Source of the DNA: an uncultured Chloroflexia bacterium
Lineage (GTDB): Bacteria > Chloroflexota > Limnocylindria > Limnocylindrales > CSP1-4
NCBI GenBank assembly: GCA_963712585.1
Contig: CAVQIH010000012.1
Coordinates: 36,692 to 100,691, forward strand
Reading direction: 5' to 3'
DNA length: 64,000 bases
In this document: positions 58,607-64,000 of the stretch, one piece after another
Numbering within the stretch: position 1 is the first letter of the stretch
Layout: the number at the start of each line of letters is the position of its first letter
Notes under the pieces: generated by a model
What the model was told of the DNA's origin: nothing
The model's input: the letters and a program-made list of their open reading frames with translations, nothing else
Database searches by the model: none
Made by a program: the position numbers and the translations under genes

Positions 58607-58780
58607 CTGGTAGTCAGAGCGCCCCGGTCGGGGTCTTCAGGAGCCACGGCTGCTCGCGCGTGCCGAGGCCTTGGGCGCCACTCACTTCGATCTCCCCTCC
58701 TCGCTCCGCCCCGGCGTCGTCCGAGTGTAGCGTCTTGCGCGCAGCCTCCCTCGCCGGCGCGGGCGCGACCCGGCCAGGCC

Positions 58781-61700
58781 TTACTGGTAGCGGACCTGGA
58801 GCGAGTCCCGATAGATGTCGCCGGGGGCGATGTAGGCGGCCATCGCCTTGTTGGCCGGCCGGAAGATGACGACCTGCTCGGCCCGTTGCTCGAAGCTCGT
58901 CTGGTGGACGGTGCCGCCGGCGACATCCGAATCGCGGATCTTGCCGACTCGCAGCCACACGTAGACCGCGACGTTGCGGGCGTCGAGACCCGGCGTCGTC
59001 ACGTTGTAGTGGCGCTGGTTTGCGTGATCGGCGGCCCCGTTGGGGCCCTGCCAGCTGAACCACGTCCCCGACGACGACCAGAGGGTCTCGCGGGTCGTGA
59101 CGTCGACGATGTCGACCTGGTCGACCCGCACGGACGCCTTCTCGACACTGCTCCCGCCGATGACGACCGGGATGGCGAAGCCAAGCGGGATCGAGGTCAC
59201 GATGTCGAAGATCGACTCGAGCGGGTTGGAGGAATCGAACTCGGGGATGACCCGGAAGTCCTCCTTGGCCTCTTTCCAGGTGAGGAGCGCCGGACCCTGG
59301 CCGGTGATGACCGCATCGTTGGCCGACTCCCCGGTAACTAGGTCCTTCACCGAGCCGGCGATGTCGATCACGTCCTGCCAGTGGTCGGTCACGAAGGAGA
59401 CCGCGAAGCTGCCCAGCGAGGCGTCCTTGCCGCTGAACTTGGTGACCTCGAAGAGCTCCTTGTAGTCCTTGTTCATGTTGGTGAAGTCGACCTCGGAAGT
59501 CGTGGCGTGGCTCTCGTACGTGCCACCCTGGACCGCCACGTCGACGCCCGAGATCTCGTGGGTGTCGCCCCAGTACTCGGTGCTGATCTTGATCGAGTAG
59601 TTACCCGACCAGACGTACATGGCTGCGGACGGCCAGTCGAGGAAGCCGGGCCAGGAGGCCTTCACCATCCAGGTCGTGTAGCCCTCGGTGGCCGAGACGC
59701 CCTTCAGCGAGTCTGACGAGGTGACCCCTGGTGCGATCACCAGGTACTCGGAGTCCTCGTCGCCGCCGTAGACCTTCGGGGAGGCCGTCCCCGACAGGCC
59801 GGCATGGCTCGGCGAGGTCGCCACGATGTTGTACGTCGCGCTGGGGTCGGCCGGAACCTCGGCCGGCCCGAAGCGGCCCTCGGCGTCGACGGCGAGGGTG
59901 GCGAGCGCCGGGCCACCGGTCGACTTCGTGATCGTGACTGTGGCATCGGAGATCGGGACGCCGTGCCGATCGACGACCAGGCCGGAGATGCTGGCCTTGG
60001 TGGCCTTCTCGAGCGAGATCGTCCGAGTCACGTCCTGGCTCACCACCACGCTGAACTCCTGGTCGGGGACGCTCCAGTAGCCGTGCTTGACGACGGCGAA
60101 CGAGTAGGTCCCGGTGGGCAGGTCGTAGACGAGCGTGCCGTTCGAGCCAGTGCGGTCTTTGAGGTCGGTCCCCACGAGGTAGACGTCGGCGCCGGAGAGC
60201 GCCTTGCCGGCCTGGTCCACCACCTTCAGGCGCAGCACCCCGTGGTTGTCGGTGGAGAGCGACACCCGGGCGATGGGTTTGTCGCGGGACAGGGTCAGGC
60301 TCTTTGGCGAGGTCGGTTTATAGCCGGCCTTGGTGGCCGCCACGGCATACGCTCCGAATGGCAGCTCCTCGTAGGTGAAGAAGCCGTTGGCATCGGTGGT
60401 CTTGGCCGGCTGCCCGCCGCCAATCGTCACGGACGCGCCCGCCAGGCCCGGATGCCAGTCGCTCTTCCCCGTGATGTCCGCCGAGGTGTCCGCGACGTAG
60501 CCGTAGACGACACCCTTCTGGCGGACGAAGGCGGTGAAGGTGGCGGCGTTGTTGCCGGTCGTGTACTCGGCGCTGGTGGTCGTGACCGTGTAGCGCACCG
60601 GGACGGACTCGTTGGCCAAGGCGAGCGGCGGCGTCCAGTCGGTGGCGAAGTGGATTCGCTTGCCTGGGGCGACCGACCCGATGCTCAGCGTGGCGACCGC
60701 GCTGCCATCGACGGTGACCGTCACCTTGACGCTCTTGGCGGTCTGCGTGCCCCGGTTAAGGAGCGAGCCCTCCAGGATCGTGCGATGGGTGACGATCGCC
60801 TTGCGCGGGTTCTGGGCGAACGTGTCGAGCTCGACCAGGACGTCCGCCCGCAGAGGGAACCCCCCGTCGAGCATGAGGGGGCTCGCCTGGAGCTGGCCAT
60901 TCGCGAGCGGCCACAGCTTGAAGCGGGCCCGCTTGATCTTGTCGATGGTGACGGCCGCGTCGTCGATGGCGAGGAGGCGGAGCGCTCCGCCCACGGTCGC
61001 CAGCTCCGTGGCGTGCTCGGGGTTCACGGCGTGGAAGGGGCTCGTGGGAGGCACCGAGGCCACATCGGGCAGCTGGGTCACCCCGCCCGACCCGAGGTCG
61101 ATGGCGGCGACCCGCAGATGGAGGTTCTGGGTGTCGGTCCACTCGGCATAGGCCTTGCCGCCGGCCGTCCCCATCGAGACCTGGGTGTTGCCGCCGCCGT
61201 TGTGGTCGGAGCCGAGGAGGCCATCGACGACGAGCACGTCCCGCTGGACCTGGCCGCTCGCCGTGTCGACGATCGCGGCCCGGATCGCGAGCGTCGGCGT
61301 CGGGCCCGAGCCCGAGCTGCGTTCGTAGCCGACGACGAGGCGCGTCCCGTCGAGCGCGAGGTCCGCGTACCCGACCCGCCAGCCGCTCGGCACTTCTGTC
61401 ACCGGGTACTGGCGCTGGAACCAGACCTGGCCGTCGGTGATCCGGAACTCGGTGACGAAAAGCCGCCAGTCCTTGCCGGTGACCGCCCAGACGCGGTCGG
61501 CGGACGCGGCGAGGGCGACCGAATGATGACCCTGGAGCACGAACGGGGCGCCCGTCGACTGCATCGAGGCGTCATAGGCCGCAACGACGACGCCCCACTT
61601 GCTCCCCGTCGGATTGCCCGTACCCTCCGATCCCGCAACGCCCACGACGTCCTGGGCGATGACGACGCCGCCCGGCACGGCGGCCGCGTCATGGTTGCCG

Positions 61701-62065
61701 ACGACGAGCTTCTCGCCCATCGGGCGCTCCAGGACGCCGACCCCGAGGCTGGGGGCCTTGACGAGCGCGCCGGCCGACGTGTAGCGCTCCCAGCGGGTGC
61801 GCTTGTCCTTCCCGACGTAGGTCAGTAGCAGCGACCCGTCTGCGAGCTGGACGACCGAGGCGTCCGGCCCGCAGCCGCACCAGCCCTCGCTCCCGAAGGG
61901 CGCGTAGCCGCCCGCGGTGGAGAAGCCCGTCTCGTCCCAGCCGGGGCTCACCGCGCTGGAGGATGGAGCCCACGCGGCCACGCACGAGATGGCAAGCACC
62001 GCGACCAGCACAGAACGCGCGACTCGATGAGCACGCATCAGACGCTCCCTGGGTCGACGGCGCAC
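58781..62065 (-). CDS. large secreted multi-domain protein (signal peptide, N-terminal beta-rich region, three carboxypeptidase-regulatory-like/CarbopepD_reg-type repeats)
   Basis: N-terminus MRRRPRERLMRAHRVARSVLVAVLAISCVAAWAPSSSA (signal). Repeated ~70-aa modules GVVYGYVADTS...GASVTIGG...TDANGFFTYEELPFGAYAVAATKAGY / GVLRLKVVDQAGKALSGADVYLVG...GTYSFAVVKHGY / ISGLVVDRHGVPISDATVTI..DAEGRFG. Uninterrupted 1094 aa. Confidence 0.55.
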   Translation of the reverse strand: MRRRPRERLMRAHRVARSVLVAVLAISCVAAWAPSSSAVSPGWDETGFSTAGGYAPFGSEGWCGCGPDASVVQLADGSLLLTYVGKDKRTRWERYTSAGALVKAPSLGVGVLERPMGEKLVVGNHDAAAVPGGVVIAQDVVGVAGSEGTGNPTGSKWGVVVAAYDASMQSTGAPFVLQGHHSVALAASADRVWAVTGKDWRLFVTEFRITDGQVWFQRQYPVTEVPSGWRVGYADLALDGTRLVVGYERSSGSGPTPTLAIRAAIVDTASGQVQRDVLVVDGLLGSDHNGGGNTQVSMGTAGGKAYAEWTDTQNLHLRVAAIDLGSGGVTQLPDVASVPPTSPFHAVNPEHATELATVGGALRLLAIDDAAVTIDKIKRARFKLWPLANGQLQASPLMLDGGFPLRADVLVELDTFAQNPRKAIVTHRTILEGSLLNRGTQTAKSVKVTVTVDGSAVATLSIGSVAPGKRIHFATDWTPPLALANESVPVRYTVTTTSAEYTTGNNAATFTAFVRQKGVVYGYVADTSADITGKSDWHPGLAGASVTIGGGQPAKTTDANGFFTYEELPFGAYAVAATKAGYKPTSPKSLTLSRDKPIARVSLSTDNHGVLRLKVVDQAGKALSGADVYLVGTDLKDRTGSNGTLVYDLPTGTYSFAVVKHGYWSVPDQEFSVVVSQDVTRTISLEKATKASISGLVVDRHGVPISDATVTITKSTGGPALATLAVDAEGRFGPAEVPADPSATYNIVATSPSHAGLSGTASPKVYGGDEDSEYLVIAPGVTSSDSLKGVSATEGYTTWMVKASWPGFLDWPSAAMYVWSGNYSIKISTEYWGDTHEISGVDVAVQGGTYESHATTSEVDFTNMNKDYKELFEVTKFSGKDASLGSFAVSFVTDHWQDVIDIAGSVKDLVTGESANDAVITGQGPALLTWKEAKEDFRVIPEFDSSNPLESIFDIVTSIPLGFAIPVVIGGSSVEKASVRVDQVDIVDVTTRETLWSSSGTWFSWQGPNGAADHANQRHYNVTTPGLDARNVAVYVWLRVGKIRDSDVAGGTVHQTSFEQRAEQVVIFRPANKAMAAYIAPGDIYRDSLQVRYQ

Positions 62066-62151
62066 CCGCCGCGCCGTGTCGACGCGCTTGGATCATCGCC
62101 AAGCGCGGCCCGGTTCGGGTAGAGCCGAATGTCCCGCCGTGGGCCGGGCGA

Positions 62152-63136
62152 TTACCAGCGCTGGTGGACGAGCGGCGCGATCAACTCCGCGTAGAGCTCC
62201 CGGATCGCCTCCATCGTCGCCGGCGGCAGCTCGGGCAAGTCGGACGCCGCTGCGTTGGCGCGGGCCTGCTCCTCCGTCTTCGCCCCGGGGATGACCGTGC
62301 TGACGCCCTCGTTCATCAGGATCCAGCGGAGCGCCCAGGCGCTCATCGGCTGGTCGGGCGGGAGGAGCGCCCGCAGCCGTTCGACCGCCGCCAACCCTCG
62401 TTCGTAATCGACGCCCGAGAACGTCTCGCCCACGTCGAAGGACTCGCCGTGGCGGTTGTAGGCGCGATGGTCGGTCTCCTCGAACCGGGTGTCGGGGCGC
62501 ATCTTGCCCGAGAGCAGGCCGGACGCCAGCGGGACCCGCACGATGACCCCGACGTCGCGTGCCTTGGCCTCGGCCAGGAACCGGTCGGCCGGTCGCTGGC
62601 GGAACATGTTGTAGATGATCTGGACCGAGGCGACGCCTGGGAACTCGATCGCCTTGAGCGCCTCCTCCACGCGCTCGACGCTGACGCCGTAGTGGGCCAG
62701 GATGCCGGTCGGCCTTGAGCTCGTCGAGGTAGCCGAAGATCTCCGGCCGGTAGTAGGTGTCGGGATGCAGACAGTGCAGCTGCACGAGGTCGAGGGTGGC
62801 GACGCCCAGGTTCTCGCGGCACCGCTCGGCCCAGTCGCGGAAGTTGGCGAGGGTGTAGTTGGCGACGTCGACCGGCGCCCGCCGGCCGATCTTGGTGGCC
62901 ACCACGAGGCGCTCGCCTGACCGCTCGCGAAGGAAGCCGGCGAGCAGCTTCTCGCTTCGTCCGTCGCCGTAGACATCGGCCGTGTCATAGAAGGTCACGC
63001 CCGCGTCGGCCGCCGCATGGAGCGCCCGCAGGCTGGCGGTATCGTCGACCGTGCCCCAGCTTCCGCCGATGGCCCATGAGCCAAAGCCGATTTCACTCAC
63101 CATGTAGCCGGTGCGGCCGAGTCGCCGGTGGCGCAC
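62152..63136 (-). CDS. aldo/keto reductase family oxidoreductase (one apparent frameshift near 62700)
   Basis: MRHRRLGRTGYMVSEIGFGSWAIGG..YDTADVYGDGRSEKLLAGFL... and a C-terminal ..IPGAKTEEQARANAAA.. AKR signature in the adjacent frame. Confidence 0.75.
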
Positions 63137-63283
63137 TGCTCACCTCCGAAGTAGGGCGGGTGTCCCGTCGGCCCGATTCTGCGCCCGGCCGCGAACGTCC
63201 GTCGGCCGGCCTGAAAGCGGACCGCAGAGGCGGGCAAGTTGGGGACCAACGGCCCTTGGGCTCTGGCAGCACCGCACCGGAGA

Positions 63284-64000
63284 GTGCGACCATCACCGCG
63301 GATCAGCCGGACACTGGAGGACCAGCGCCCATGGCCAGGCACGCAGAAGCTCGACGCGTGGGTCGGAGAAGTCGCCGCACTGTGCCAGCCCGACCGCGTC
63401 CAGTGGTGCGACGGCTCGCCAGCCGAGTACCAGGAGATGCTGCGGCTGATGGTCCAGGCGGGCACGGCGATCCCGCTCGATGCCGCCCGGCGCCAGACAG
63501 CATCCTCGTCCGCTCCGATCCGGCCGACGTGGCGCGCGTCGAGGACCGCACGTTCATCTGCTCGAGGACGCCAGGAGGACGCCGGCCCGACCAACAACTG
63601 GGCCGACCCGGACGAGATGAAGGCCACGCTTGCGCGGGCTCTTCACGGGCTCGATGAAGGGGCGCACGCTGTACGTCATCCCCTACAGCATGGGCCCGAT
63701 CGGCTCGCCCATCGCCAAGATCGGCGTCGAGCTGACCGACTCGCCGTACGTCGTCGCCAACATGCACATCATGACCCGCGTCGGGACGCAGGTGCTCGAC
63801 GTGCTCGGCGAGGACGGCGAGTTCGTGCGCGGCCTGCACTCGGTCGGCGCGCCGCTCGGCCCGAGCCGACCCCGACGTGCCCTGGCCGTGCAACGCGCGA
63901 GCACAAGTACATCTGCCACTTCCCGGAGACGCGCGAGATCTGGTCGTTCGGCTCGGGCTACGGCGGCAACGCGCTGCTCGGCAAGAAGTGCCACGCGCTG
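63284..64000 (+). CDS. pckG: phosphoenolpyruvate carboxykinase (GTP) PckG, 3'-truncated by the window edge, at least 3 apparent frameshifts
   Basis: ..[116 protein letters not shown]...[34 protein letters not shown] aligns with mycobacterial PckG across three frames. Confidence 0.75.
   Translation, partial: MRPSPRISRTLEDQRPWPGTQKLDAWVGEVAALCQPDRVQWCDGSPAEYQEMLRLMVQAGTAIPLDAARRQTASSSAPIRPTWRASRTARSSARGRQEDAGPTNNWADPDEMKATLARALHGLDEGAHAVRHPLQHGPDRLAHRQDRRRADRLAVRRRQHAHHDPRRDAGARRARRGRRVRARPALGRRAARPEPTPTCPGRATREHKYICHFPETREIWSFGSGYGGNALLGKKCHAL

Noticed and set aside
1-64000. Mobile elements, prophage, integrase or transposase, rRNA
   Set aside because: No transposase, integrase or phage structural motifs were seen in any frame, and no IS-like terminal inverted repeats. 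No rRNA-like sequence. The only stable RNA is the tRNA-Sec.

Overview
High-GC (about 70%) bacterial chromosomal window, probably an F420-using Actinobacteria- or Chloroflexi-like lineage (fgd-type F420-dependent G6PD and LLM oxidoreductases are present). From start to end it contains: (1) a decayed MTHFR (MetF-like) / MetV-like / pterin-binding methyltransferase trio. (2) A selA-selB-mobA operon, with tRNA-Sec (selC) and selD about 5 kb away, so the whole selenocysteine-insertion toolkit is in this one window. (3) A dihydroxyacetone-kinase sugar cluster (SorC regulator, class II aldolase, HAD phosphatase, dhaL, dhaK). (4) A LacI-regulated L-arabinose locus: a sugar ABC transporter and araA are heavily frameshifted, araB has one frameshift, araD is intact. 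(5) The most unusual part: an ArsR-family regulator followed by dsrE-like, tusA, mvhD-like, an HdrA with an inserted NfnB/GltD-type NAD(P)H module, a second HdrA-like flavoprotein, a small winged-helix protein and a QmoC-like HdrC::cytochrome-b fusion, all translationally coupled and with no HdrB. I read this as a putative undescribed NAD(P)H- and quinone-linked, sulfur-carrier-associated Hdr/Qmo-like complex. (6) Two hemerythrin-like paralogs around a PadR regulator. (7) A selenocysteine formate dehydrogenase whose alpha subunit is split: the catalytic part has an in-frame UGA and an E. coli fdhF-like SECIS hairpin, and the NuoG-like Fe-S part is a separate gene downstream of a NuoE-NuoF fusion. 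FdhD follows on the opposite strand. (8) Housekeeping and accessory genes: M20 amidohydrolase, tandem duplicated zinc-ribbon/Gly-Arg-rich small proteins with a conserved Shine-Dalgarno-sequestering leader, F420/LLM enzymes, GNAT, an AmmeMemoRadiSam pair, fumC, fgd, an MttB-family methyltransferase, a 1094-aa secreted protein, an aldo-keto reductase and the 5' part of pckG. Apparent frameshifts cluster very unevenly: many in sugar-uptake genes and none in about 13 kb of redox genes. This is either real pseudogenization or locally poor sequence. No transposase, integrase or CRISPR array was seen.
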